A stretch of DNA of 64,000 nucleotides, taken from assembly GCA_963792485.1 (NCBI GenBank), contig CAWBWL010000008.1, forward strand, positions 168,871 to 232,870, read 5' to 3'. Source of the stretch: an uncultured Alphaproteobacteria bacterium (GTDB lineage: Bacteria; Pseudomonadota; Alphaproteobacteria; Rhizobiales; Rhizobiaceae). A program made the translations under genes and the position numbers. Position 1 is the stretch's first letter; the number at the start of each line of letters is the position of its first letter. Of the stretch, positions 21,826 to 31,414 are shown in pieces. The notes below the pieces were generated by a model. It was given only the letters and a program-made list of their open reading frames with translations. It was not told the origin of the DNA and did no database searches.

Positions 21826-22983
21826 ATGAAACACGTCAAAATCAAACTGGTCGGCCTGATGACCGCCATCCTGCTTTGCTCGGGCCAAGCCCATTCTGCG
21901 AGCCTTCAATCCGTGCCGGATGTTTCCGGAAGTGAAGGATTTTACGGGGACGCCGCCCAGAAAATGGCTTGCGGAAACATCCCCACATCGGGATATGGAC
22001 TTGGCTTCGGCTTCCGGAGGTTTCAATGGGGCGCAGCCGACGTCCTGAAGGCAAACCACTACCAAACAACGACCACGGGAATAAATTCCACTGTGGCACC
22101 ACATCCTGACCTGCAGCGCGGCATGTATGGTTTTGCGGTTGTTGGAATGGCGCCATACGACCCGCATGGAAGAGTTTTTGTTCTGGGCGGGATTGGCAGT
22201 TCCGGATTTGTCGGAGAGTATTTCAAGTACGATTCCTCCGGATTTACTACGCCATCAAATTTGGCTGTTCCGGCTGCCCCGGATGCAACTACCAAGTTCG
22301 CGGCAGGTCTTGTCTCCGGGCGCACCGGCCTAGGCGCGTCGGTCATTGATGGAACCAATTTTCTTCTGTTTGGCGGCTACGATTCCGGTGGAATGCGATC
22401 CGAAGTTTATTCAGTTAATGTCGGCAACTCACTCACCACACCTCATACTTGGACTGCAAAAGCGGCAATGCCAATCCCGCTCAAAAGCCCCAGAGCCTTA
22501 CCATCCGGCGCGTCTGGGACGATAAACTTGGTATACGTCGTTGGCGGCGGGACTGCGCCGGGGATAGACAACAATAACCGGAGAATATTCCGCTACAATG
22601 TCACCGGTCCCTATGCAGACCAATGGTTTGCAGTGAAAGATTCCGCCGGAAATGACTTGATCATTCCCGGCACGAGACAAGTCGAGATCGCCAGCGTTCA
22701 AGGGGCAATCATGATCCTGACCCAATCGGAAGATGAGCAAGGTATGGTGGCTTTTCGGGTAACACACCCAAACAACGAAGTCGCCGCCGGGCCTGGCATG
22801 CTTGGCTCAGCAAAAGGAGCAACTTTGACTGCAACAAATTTTCCTGTTCCGCTTCGTTCACGCAGTGGGTTCGGTTTGCTGCGCTGCAGTCCTGACGCAT
22901 GGGTCGTGGGAGGGGCCACGGGACATGGTTCAACCTTCAGCAATCGCGGAAAACATTTGGACAAACTGAGGCGTTTTCCGTGA
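21826..22983 (+). CDS. Secreted hypothetical protein, possibly a beta-propeller (Kelch-like)
   Basis: Signal peptide MKHVKIKLVGLMTAILLCSGQAHS. Repeated GG-containing blocks (VLGGIGSSGF, LLFGGYDSGG, VYVVGGGTAPG). Local GC is clearly below the flanks. The fold assignment is weak. Confidence 0.45.
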   Translation: MKHVKIKLVGLMTAILLCSGQAHSASLQSVPDVSGSEGFYGDAAQKMACGNIPTSGYGLGFGFRRFQWGAADVLKANHYQTTTTGINSTVAPHPDLQRGMYGFAVVGMAPYDPHGRVFVLGGIGSSGFVGEYFKYDSSGFTTPSNLAVPAAPDATTKFAAGLVSGRTGLGASVIDGTNFLLFGGYDSGGMRSEVYSVNVGNSLTTPHTWTAKAAMPIPLKSPRALPSGASGTINLVYVVGGGTAPGIDNNNRRIFRYNVTGPYADQWFAVKDSAGNDLIIPGTRQVEIASVQGAIMILTQSEDEQGMVAFRVTHPNNEVAAGPGMLGSAKGATLTATNFPVPLRSRSGFGLLRCSPDAWVVGGATGHGSTFSNRGKHLDKLRRFP

Positions 22984-23029
22984 ATGCTGCAATGTTTTGA
23001 TTACGGCTGCAAACAAGACATTTGAACCA

Positions 23030-23054
23030 AGGGCGGCGTCTTTACATCGCCGCC
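23030..23054 (+). terminator. GC hairpin (GGGCGGCG-9nt-CGCCGCCC) downstream of the secreted-protein gene
   Basis: Perfect 8-bp stem. The trailing T-tract is weak. Confidence 0.35.
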
Positions 23055-23199
23055 CTATCCCCTGTAAATTCCATTCCGCTCAGGGCCCCTTCCCCTCCCC
23101 GCCCCCTTCCCCTATACGGCCCGCTTAGCCCATAGAATCCTTTCGCGAACCCGACCGGTCCTCCCCGGTGCGGGCTCTTGCCATAACGAAAGTCGCAAT

Positions 23200-26100
23200 A
23201 TGCCCAAGCGGACAGACATCAAGTCGATCCTCATCATCGGCGCGGGGCCGATCATTATTGGTCAGGCCTGCGAGTTTGATTATTCGGGCACGCAGGCGTG
23301 CAAGGCGCTGAAAGCGGAGGGCTACCGGGTCATTCTGGTCAATTCCAATCCGGCGACCATCATGACCGATCCGGAGCTGGCGGACGCGACTTATATTGAG
23401 CCGATCACGCCGGAGATTGTCGCCAAGATCATAGCGAAAGAGCGGCCCGACGCGCTGCTGCCGACCATGGGCGGGCAGACGGCGCTGAACACGGCTTTGT
23501 CGCTGCGCCGCATGGGCGTTTTGGAGCGCTATAATGTCGAGATGATCGGCGCGAACGCCGAGGCCATCGACATGGCCGAGGACCGGGCTTTGTTCCGCGA
23601 GGCGATGAAGCGGATCGGGCTGGAGACGCCGCGCTCCATGCTCGCCAACGCCACGGATGTGAAGGACCTTGACCGGCAGGCGCACAAGGCCAAGCGCGCC
23701 GCGCTGAAGGACACGCTGTCCGGCGAGGCGCTGGACGCGGCGCTTGACCGGCTGGAGAATGAATGGAACCTTGGCGAGAGCGACCGCAAGCAGCGCTATA
23801 TCAGCCATGCCATGGCCATCGCCGCCCGCGCCATTGACGAGATCGGGCTTCCCCTGATCATCCGCCCCTCCTTCACCATGGGCGGCACCGGCGGCGGCAT
23901 CGCCTATAACCGCTCGGAGTTTTTCGACATCATTGGAAGCGGCCTCGACGCCTCGCCGACCACCGAAGTGCTGATCGAGGAATCGGTGCTCGGCTGGAAG
24001 GAATATGAGATGGAAGTGGTCCGCGACAAGGCGGACAATTGCATCATCATCTGCTCCATCGAAAACCTCGACCCGATGGGCGTGCACACCGGCAACTCGA
24101 TCACCGTCGCCCCGGCGCTGACGCTGACCGACAAGGAATACCAGATCATGCGCAACGCCTCCATCGCGGTGCTGCGCGAGATTGGCGTCGAGACCGGCGG
24201 CTCGAATGTGCAGTTCGCGGTCAACCCGGCGGACGGGCGGCTCGTCGTCATCGAGATGAACCCGCGCGTCTCGCGCTCGTCCGCTTTGGCGTCGAAAGCC
24301 ACCGGCTTTCCCATCGCCAAGATCGCCGCGAAGCTCTCGGTCGGCTACACGCTGGATGAGCTGGAGAACGACATTACCGGCGGCGCGACGCCGGCCTCGT
24401 TCGAGCCGTCGATTGACTATGTCGTCACCAAAATCCCGCGCTTCGCCTTCGAAAAATTCCCCGGCGCGTCGAATGTTCTGACCACGGCGATGAAGTCGGT
24501 CGGCGAAGTCATGGCGATTGGCCGCACCTTCCAGGAGAGCCTGCAGAAAGCTCTGCGCGGCCTCGAAACCGGCCTCACCGGATTGGATGAAATCGAAATC
24601 CCCGGCATCGGCACGGGCGACGACCGCAACGCCATCCGCGCCGCATTAGGCACGCCGACGCCGGACCGGCTGCGCATGGTGACGCAGGCGATGCGGCTCG
24701 GCCTCACCAATGAGGCGATCCACGATTCAGCTGCAAGATCGACCCCTGGTTCCTCGAGCAGCTGCGCGAAATCATCGACATGGAAGCGCGCATCCGCGAG
24801 CATGGCCTGCCGCGAAGACGCGGAAAATCTGCGCATGCTCAAATCCATGGGCTTTTCCGACGCCCGCCTCGCCGCGCTCACCGGCAAGCGCGGCTCGGAA
24901 GTCGCCAAGCTGCGCAACAGCCTGAAAGTGCATCCGGTCTACAAGCGCATCGACACCTGCGCCGCCGAATTCGCCTCGCCGACCGCCTATATGTATTCGA
25001 CCTACGAGACGCCGTTTGTCGGCGAAACGCAGCTCTGAAGCCAAGGTCTCGGATCGGAAGAAAGTCGTCATTCTCGGCGGCGGTCCCAATAGAATTGGCC
25101 AGGGCATCGAGTTCGATTATTGCTGCTGCCATGCCTCTTTCGCGCTGCGCGAGGCGGGCTATGAATCGATCATGATCAACTGCAATCCGGAAACCGTGTC
25201 CACCGATTACGACACGAGCGACCGGCTGTATTTCGACCCGCTGACCGCCGAAGACGTGCTCGAAATTCTGCGCGTCGAGCGGGAGGCGGGAACGCTGCAC
25301 GGCGTCATCGTCCAGTTCGGCGGCCAGACGCCGCTGAAGCTCGCCGACGCGCTGGAGCGCGCCGGCATTCCGATCCTCGGCACCACGCCGGACGCGATTG
25401 ACTTGCCGAAGACCGCGACCGGTTCCAGAAACTACTCGTCAAGCTCGACCTCACCCAGCCGCAGAACGGCATCGCCTATTCGGTCGAACAGTCGCGCACC
25501 ATCGCCTCCGAGCTCGGCTTCCCGCTCGTCGTGCGCCCGTCCTATGTCTTGGGCGGCCGCGCCATGCAGATCATCAATGATGAAGGCATGCTGCAAAGCT
25601 ATCTGCTCGACACCGTGCCGGGCCTTGTCACCGAGGACATCAAGGCGAAATATCCGAACGACAAGACCGGCCAGATCAACACGCTGCTTGGCAAAAACCC
25701 GCTGCTGTTCGACCGCTATCTCACCGACGCCGTCGAGGTCGATGTCGATTGCCTGTGCGACGGCGAGGATGTCTATATTTCCGGCATCATGGAGCATATC
25801 GAAGAGGCCGGCATCCATTCCGGCGACTCGCGCCTGCTCGCTGCCGATCCACACGCTCTCCGACAAGGTCGTCGCCGAGCTTGAGGAGCAGACCGCCGCG
25901 CTCGCCCGCGCCCTGAAAGTCGGCGGGCTGATGAATGTGCAATACGCCATCAAGGACGAGCAGGTCTACGTTCTCGAAGTGAACCCCCGCGCCTCGCGCA
26001 CCGTGCCGTTCGTCGCCAAGGCCATCGGCCTTCCGATCGCCAAAATCGCCGCCCGCGTCATGGCCGGTGAAAAGCTCAACGAAGCCATCGCCCATTACGG

Positions 26101-26688
26101 CGAGCGCGTCGACCAGAAGAAGATGAAACATGTCGCGGTGAAGGAAGCCGTCTTCCCCTTCGCCCGCTTCCCCGGCGTTGACATCCTGCTCGGCCCCGAA
26201 ATGCGCTCCACGGGCGAGGTCATGGGCCTCGACCGCGACTTCGCCATGGCCTATGCCAAAGCCCAGCTCGGCGCCGGCGTGGACCTGCCGCGCTCCGGCA
26301 CGCTGTTCGTCTCGGTCAAGGACTAGCGACAAGCCCCGCATCCTGCCCGCCGTGGACACGCTGGCCAAGCTCGGCTTCAAAATCATGGCCACCACCGGCA
26401 CGGCGAATTTCCTGAAGGAAAACGGCATCGCAGGCCGAGAAAATCAACAAGGTCCTCGAAGGCCGCCCCCACATAGAAGACGCCATCCGCAACCGCCAGG
26501 TCCAGCTCGTGTTCAACACGACGGACGGCGCGAAAGCCGAGAGCGACAGCAAATCCCTGCGCCGCGCGACGCTGATGCAGAAGGTGCCCTATTCAACAAC
26601 CCTCTCCGGCGCGCTGGCGGCGGTGGAGGCGATTGCGGCGCTGAAGGCGGGGAATTTTGAGGTGCGGCCGCTGCAGGATTATGTGTGA
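23200..26688 (+). pseudogene. carB: Carbamoyl-phosphate synthase large subunit, interrupted by at least six 1-bp indels
   Basis: Colinear with CarB along the whole length (both ATP-grasp domains, oligomerisation domain, MGS-like domain). The frame changes near 24730/24795, 25030, 25415, 25845 and 26320. The stop TGA is at 26686-26688. Confidence 0.9.
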
Positions 26689-26692
26689 GGCG
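26625..26692 (+). repeat. Direct repeat, left copy (3-prime end of carB)
   Basis: About 68 bp, GTGGAGGCGATTGCGGCGCTGAAGGCGGGGAATTTTGAGGTGCGGCCGCTGCAGGATTATGTGTGAGGCGG. It matches 30000-30067 with about 6 mismatches. Confidence 0.85.
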
Positions 26693-26773
26693 GCGCTTCG
26701 CCGCTATTTCTACCAAACGACTTAAGCCACCTTTAATTCTTCAACGCTACGTAGGCGCTGGGGGAGGCTGACT

Positions 26774-27163
26774 ATGTCACTCAATATCCGCATCAAGGAT
26801 TTCGTCAACGCCCGCGAAGTTGACAGCGGGATTGTGCTCGATTGGATGAGCGGCGTGCCGATGACGCTTGAAGTTCTCATCTGCGAACGTGTCAGCGCCG
26901 AATTTGAACGTTTGCGCAATTACCCGGATCAAGGGCTTCCGGACTTCCATCCGCTGGTCGCGTGGGTCAAATCAGCGGATTTTGCGGCACTTCACGACAA
27001 AAGGCTGAAAGACGCGCAAGAAGTCGCGCTCGCGGGATTCATCTCGGGCTCCTTTTTCGTTGTCGTTGACGGAAAGCAGATTGAGGATCTGGGCAGCGAG
27101 CTGCGCCTTACGCCAACCTCCAATGTTCGCTTCATCCGCCTTGTTCAGTTAAAGGGAGGCTGA
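26774..27163 (+). CDS. Hypothetical 129-aa protein, first gene of the inserted cassette
   Basis: RBS GGGGGAGG before the ATG. No recognisable family. Its stop lies 3 nt before the next start, whose GGAGG RBS sits inside this gene's 3-prime end (translational coupling). Confidence 0.55.
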   Translation: MSLNIRIKDFVNAREVDSGIVLDWMSGVPMTLEVLICERVSAEFERLRNYPDQGLPDFHPLVAWVKSADFAALHDKRLKDAQEVALAGFISGSFFVVVDGKQIEDLGSELRLTPTSNVRFIRLVQLKGG

Positions 27164-27166
27164 GTA

Positions 27167-29806
27167 ATGTTCGGCAAGCTCAAGAACGCGCTCTTCGGCA
27201 CGCAAAGAGAAGAGCCGCGCTTCAGCGCAGCGCCCCCCGTGAGGAAAGCCTTCGGCATGGCATCCGTGCCGGTGGTTGCCCGCGCCGCTGTCACGCCTCA
27301 GGTCGAAGCACTGAACATTGGGCCAGTTTCTCAGGCCCTCTATCCGGGCAAGCGTGAAGATGCGCTGTTTCTGGAATGGGTTGACGCGGTTAACGCCCAT
27401 TTGCGGCAGATAAAGGATCGCGCCCCGGACCCGGATGCCCATGTCATTCGCTGGATTGCAGTCAGATTTTTGGGCAACAAGACGGCGGATTTGACAGAAT
27501 CGAACCAGACGCTTTTCGGGAGCGCACAAGAGCCGGCATGGGTTCGAAAAGCCATTGAGACAATCAATTCGGTAACGCCAAAGGGTCTGGGCTTCGGCAA
27601 TTACATGGGCCCCGATATCGTCACCGGCAAGAAGAAGTTGCTTTCCCGCGGCGAAGCCGAAAGGCTGTTGAAACTGCTCGACCGACCGCCGCTGGTCATT
27701 GAGGCTTGGAACGGCCTCTCGCCGCCGCTGGCTGAACTGCTGCGCTTTGACACGCTGGACGATGCCGCGTCGCTTCTCGCGCATCTCGGCACGGCCACTT
27801 CGGCCAGTCCGTCGGGGACTTGGGAGAAAACGGCGCAGGCGCTTGCCAAGAAGGCGGGAGCCGACGTCGTAAGAGAGCGTTTGACGCAATGGCTGTCGCT
27901 GCTTGCGGACAAAAGCCCTTCGCCAAAAGACGTGCGCGACGCCTCACTGCTTTGGCACATCGGATACCAGATGACGTTGCTTGCCAGGCTGCGCGACAAC
28001 GGCGTTTCGCCGACACATGCGGCGGCGCTGGCTTTCCTTGAATATGACTTCAAACCGGTTGCGCCCGTCATGCACCCCGATATGGCAAATGCCTTCCCCG
28101 CCAGCGACGGGCAGCCGATGGTGCTGTCCAAGGAAAATGCCAACCGGGCGCGCGGCGCAGTCTGGCTGCTGTCCGGTTTGGGAGGAACACAGCCGGCCCT
28201 GTTCGAGCGCCTCGCGCTTGCAAGTTTGAACAAGTATGACTTGGGCGGCACTTATAACACACGGCAATTCTGCTCGCAGGCGCTGGCGAATGCCTGCATT
28301 TTTGCGCTGGGCCGTGACGGTTCGCCGGACGCAATCATGGCGCTTGGCCGCATCCGCCGCCGCATCCGCGATGCCCGCATCGCCGCGCAGGTTGACAAGA
28401 CAATGCAGGCGGCGGCTGCCGCCGTTGGCATGTCGGCAATTGATCTTGAAGAGACGGCATTGCCGGATTTCGACATCGGACCTGAGGGCTGGACCGAATG
28501 CATCGACGGCAACGAACTGACGTTGGAGATCAAAACAGGCGGCGCTGAGATCATTTGCACATCCCCATCCGGCAAAGCGCTGAAAAGCCTGCCGGCGGCA
28601 GTCAAATCCACGGAAGCCTGCAAGGACATGAAGGCGGCGGCGGACGAGATTGACGCCTTGCTGCCATTGATCCGCTGGCGGCTTGAATCCTCGTGGCTCG
28701 GGCATCGCAAATGGTCGCTTGAGAACTGGCGCGAGCGCTATGGCGAGCATCCTGTTGCCCGCGCGGTGGCCGCCCCGTTGATTTGGTGGATCGAGCGCGA
28801 AGGCCGGATGACTTCCGCAATGTGGCGCGAAGGAAAGTTTTCCGATGTCGGCGGCGGCGAAGTGGCGACCGGTGGCGCCACCGTCCATCTGTGGCATCCA
28901 ATTGAGGACATAGCGGGCAATGTTATGGCCTGGCGGCGGCATCTGGTCAAAAACCGCATCGTGCAGCCATTCAAGCAGGCCCATCGCGAGGTTTATCCCT
29001 TGACCGATGCCGAGCGCGAAACCGGAACATTCTCCAACCGCTATGCGGCGCACATCCTCAAGCAGCACCAATATATGGCGCTGGCGAAATCACGCGGGTG
29101 GAAGGCGAGCCATCGCATGAATGTGGATGCGCCCAACGATGCGCCGGTGATGATCGATCTTCCGGCTTGGAAAATCTGGGCTGAGATATTCATAGAAGGC
29201 GCGGGCGGTGATGATCCAGAAACCGTTGACTCCGGCGCCTATGTCTATGTCTCGACCGACCAGGTCCGCTTCCATGGCGCTTCGGGCCGCTTGAACCTTG
29301 CCGAGGTTCCGCCACTGGCATTCTCGGAAGTGATGCGGGATTGCGACCTGTTCGTCGGGGTCGCCTCCATCGGCGCTGATCCGAACTGGAATAACGGCGG
29401 CGCTGATGCGCGCCGGCCGAACCAATGGGAGCGCCACGCAGCGGACTATTGGCACCGCATGTCGTTTGAGACCCTCTCCGAAAGCGCCAAACTGCGCAAG
29501 GAGCTGGTTGCCGAGTTGCTGCCGTCCATGACAATCGCGCCTCTGTGCGAAATCCATGACAAATATCTGCGCGTGAGGGGCAAGTTGCGGACCTACCGGA
29601 TTCACTTCAATTCCGGAAACATTCTGATGGAGCCAAACGACGCCTATCTTTGCATCGTTCCAGCCAATGTCGCGCCTTCCGGCGACAAAATCTACGTGCC
29701 GTTCGAAGGGGACCGGCTTCTGTCAATCATCCTGTCCAAAGCGATCATGCTGGCAAATGACAGCGCAATTCGAGAACAGCATATAATGAACCAGATTTCA
29801 CGCTGA
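27167..29806 (+). CDS. Large (879-aa) DUF4132-like protein (MolR C-terminal-domain family)
   Basis: C-terminal half carries motifs I recall as DUF4132 hallmarks: HLWHPIE ... IVQPFKQAHREVYPLTDAER ... FSEVMRDCDLFVGVASIGADPNWNNGG. The N-terminal 450 aa has no recognised domain and no WGR motif. Confidence 0.55.
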   Translation: MFGKLKNALFGTQREEPRFSAAPPVRKAFGMASVPVVARAAVTPQVEALNIGPVSQALYPGKREDALFLEWVDAVNAHLRQIKDRAPDPDAHVIRWIAVRFLGNKTADLTESNQTLFGSAQEPAWVRKAIETINSVTPKGLGFGNYMGPDIVTGKKKLLSRGEAERLLKLLDRPPLVIEAWNGLSPPLAELLRFDTLDDAASLLAHLGTATSASPSGTWEKTAQALAKKAGADVVRERLTQWLSLLADKSPSPKDVRDASLLWHIGYQMTLLARLRDNGVSPTHAAALAFLEYDFKPVAPVMHPDMANAFPASDGQPMVLSKENANRARGAVWLLSGLGGTQPALFERLALASLNKYDLGGTYNTRQFCSQALANACIFALGRDGSPDAIMALGRIRRRIRDARIAAQVDKTMQAAAAAVGMSAIDLEETALPDFDIGPEGWTECIDGNELTLEIKTGGAEIICTSPSGKALKSLPAAVKSTEACKDMKAAADEIDALLPLIRWRLESSWLGHRKWSLENWRERYGEHPVARAVAAPLIWWIEREGRMTSAMWREGKFSDVGGGEVATGGATVHLWHPIEDIAGNVMAWRRHLVKNRIVQPFKQAHREVYPLTDAERETGTFSNRYAAHILKQHQYMALAKSRGWKASHRMNVDAPNDAPVMIDLPAWKIWAEIFIEGAGGDDPETVDSGAYVYVSTDQVRFHGASGRLNLAEVPPLAFSEVMRDCDLFVGVASIGADPNWNNGGADARRPNQWERHAADYWHRMSFETLSESAKLRKELVAELLPSMTIAPLCEIHDKYLRVRGKLRTYRIHFNSGNILMEPNDAYLCIVPANVAPSGDKIYVPFEGDRLLSIILSKAIMLANDSAIREQHIMNQISR

Positions 29807-29999
29807 TCGGCGTCTCGCTGATACGAACACTGTGGCGGAAGCCGGCGCACTGCTTCACCGCACTTCCGCCTGCCATTCCCGCTGCATCCGCACTTTGCCG
29901 CCCAGCGTCACCGTCACGATCCCCTCACACGTCCACGCCGGCCAGCCGCCATTCGGGCGCATTTTGCCGGTGAACAGGAGATATTGCGCCTTGCTGCAG

Positions 30000-30067
30000 T
30001 GGAGGTGATTGCGGCGCTGAAGGCGGGGAATTTCGAAGTGCGGCCGCTGCGGGATTATGTGTGAAGG
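30000..30067 (+). repeat. Direct repeat, right copy (degenerate carB 3-prime terminus, non-coding here)
   Basis: GTGGAGGTGATTGCGGCGCTGAAGGCGGGGAATTTCGAAGTGCGGCCGCTGCGGGATTATGTGTGAAGGCGG. Confidence 0.85.
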
Positions 30068-30074
30068 CGGACGG

Positions 30075-30377
30075 CTACCCCGCCCGCGCCTCAATCCGCT
30101 GCATGCCCTCTTCCGAGACCGTCGCCAGATCATAGTTCGCCTGCAAATTCATCCAGAACTGCGGCGTGGTGCCAAAATAGCGCGCCAGACGCTTGGCTGT
30201 GTCGGCGGTGACTTCGCGCTTCTCACGGATGATTTTTTCAATTCTGTCGCGCGGCACAAACAGCGCTCTGGCCAGCGAACCGGCGGTCAGCTGGTAGTCG
30301 GGAAGAAAGTCCTCCCGCAGAATTTCTCCGGGATGCACCGGGCGGGGTGACAGCTCATCCATGCGCGTTCCCCTCAA
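30075..30377 (-). CDS. higA: HigA-family antitoxin (XRE-type HTH)
   Basis: HPGEILREDFL ... LARALFVPRDRIEKIIREKREVTADTAKRLARYFGTTPQFWMNLQ is the canonical HigA/VapI HTH. Confidence 0.85.
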   Translation of the reverse strand: MRGTRMDELSPRPVHPGEILREDFLPDYQLTAGSLARALFVPRDRIEKIIREKREVTADTAKRLARYFGTTPQFWMNLQANYDLATVSEEGMQRIEARAG

Positions 30378-30658
30378 TGGTAATCAACAATTTCAACGTC
30401 ATAGGCATCATTGTCCTTCCAGACAAAGCATATCCGCCAATGGATATTGATTCTGATCGAATATTGTCCGTCTCTGTCGCCGCTCAATCCCTCCAGATGA
30501 TTTGAGGGCGGAACCCGCAAGTCTGAGATATCAGCGGCGGCATCCAGCTGGGCCAAACGCCGCTGCGCCCGCGCCACAATGTCGCCGGGAAATCCTTTGA
30601 CATGCCGGCCTGCCCGCAGGGCTTGTACTCGCTTGTCCTTGATATTTCTGATCAATGC
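30374..30658 (-). CDS. higB: HigB-family toxin (RelE/ParE superfamily, plasmid-maintenance killer type). Probable TTG start; overlaps higA by 4 nt.
   Basis: C-terminal LEGLSGDRDGQYSIRINIHWRICFVWKDNDAYDVEIVDYH closely resembles Proteus HigB. The N-terminus IRNIKDKRVQALRAG aligns with HigB MIKSFKHKGLKLLF. No in-frame ATG at this position, so a TTG start is assumed. Confidence 0.7.
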   Translation of the reverse strand, partial: ALIRNIKDKRVQALRAGRHVKGFPGDIVARAQRRLAQLDAAADISDLRVPPSNHLEGLSGDRDGQYSIRINIHWRICFVWKDNDAYDVEIVDYH

Positions 30659-30912
30659 AACGTATCCTAATAAGATACAAAAATCAAGTCCGAATTTTCT
30701 AACTTTCAGTTGCCCATTTGTTGCCAAAATACAACTCCCCTCTCCCGCCTTCAACCTCCCCGCACATTCCCCTTGCGTCACCATGCCGTTGCGCCTATCC
30801 GCCCGCCTCCCGGATGACACCGTCCGAGCCGAACGCGGTTCAAGCTCGTGAGCTTGGCCGACGCGCCCCCGCTGGGTGAGCGTGTGTTGAGGCCGGAAGA
30901 GGACGTTTGGGA

Positions 30913-30987
30913 TTGGCATGTAGCTCAATGGTTAGAGCGCTGGCTTCAGGTGCCAGAGGTAATAGGTTCGAATCCTGTCATGCTGCC
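30913..30987 (+). tRNA. tRNA-like sequence 1 (canonical D-arm and T-arm, anticodon-loop TTCAGGT = CAG, short variable loop, imperfect acceptor)
   Basis: TAGCTCAATGGTTAGAGC D-arm; CTGGC/GCCAG anticodon stem; GGTTCGAATCC T-arm; CCA present at 30985-30987. A CAG anticodon on a class I scaffold is abnormal. Possibly a pseudo-tRNA, or a tRNA hit by the same indel problem. Confidence 0.35.
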
Positions 30988-30988
30988 A

Positions 30989-31062
30989 CTGCGAAATAGC
31001 TCAGTTGGTTAGAGCAACAGATTAAGGTTCTGTCGGTCGAAGGTTCGATTCCTTCTACGCAC
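30989..31062 (+). tRNA. tRNA-like sequence 2 (canonical D- and T-arms, anticodon-loop TTAAGGT, acceptor stem not pairable)
   Basis: TAGCTCAGTTGGTTAGAGC; ACAGA/TCTGT anticodon stem; GAAGGTTCGATTCCTTC T-arm. The 5-prime TGCGAAA cannot pair with the 3-prime TACGCAC. Confidence 0.3.
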
Positions 31063-31414
31063 TCCGCAGTCTGAAAAACTGCAATCAGCCTATGAAGCTG
31101 ACTTACCAAATGAGCCCTTCGGGGAAGTTTGTTCCAGACTTGGAACCATCTGCGGGCTTCGGCTCAAGGGCGGGAAAAAGAAAGGAACAGCGGCGGCTTT
31201 GCCAGCGTTTTGGCGGAAGCGGCGCGCGCATTCAGGTCCGGCTTTGGGCGCGCCCATAGCTTCGCCTTTATCGCCCGCGCCGGTGAACTCTTAACCCGCA
31301 AGGCCCCCGTCACGGCTTTCCCGAAGGGTGTTCGCGCTCCGATCAACCCTTAACCCCAACAACACAGGAAACACACGACCCATGCCATGAGCTGACGTGC
31401 ATATTGAAAGGACC

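Noticed and set aside
23125-24087. 320-aa minus-strand ORF, and 25432..25953 and 25787..26428 minus-strand ORFs
   Set aside because: Antisense to carB.
27944-29071. 375-aa minus-strand ORF
   Set aside because: Antisense to the DUF4132-like gene. No start context.
30374-30928. 184-aa ORF as the higB gene product
   Set aside because: Only the C-terminal roughly 95 aa are HigB-like. The N-terminal 90 aa are Arg/Gly-rich read-through of an intergenic region. A TTG start at about 30658 is preferred.
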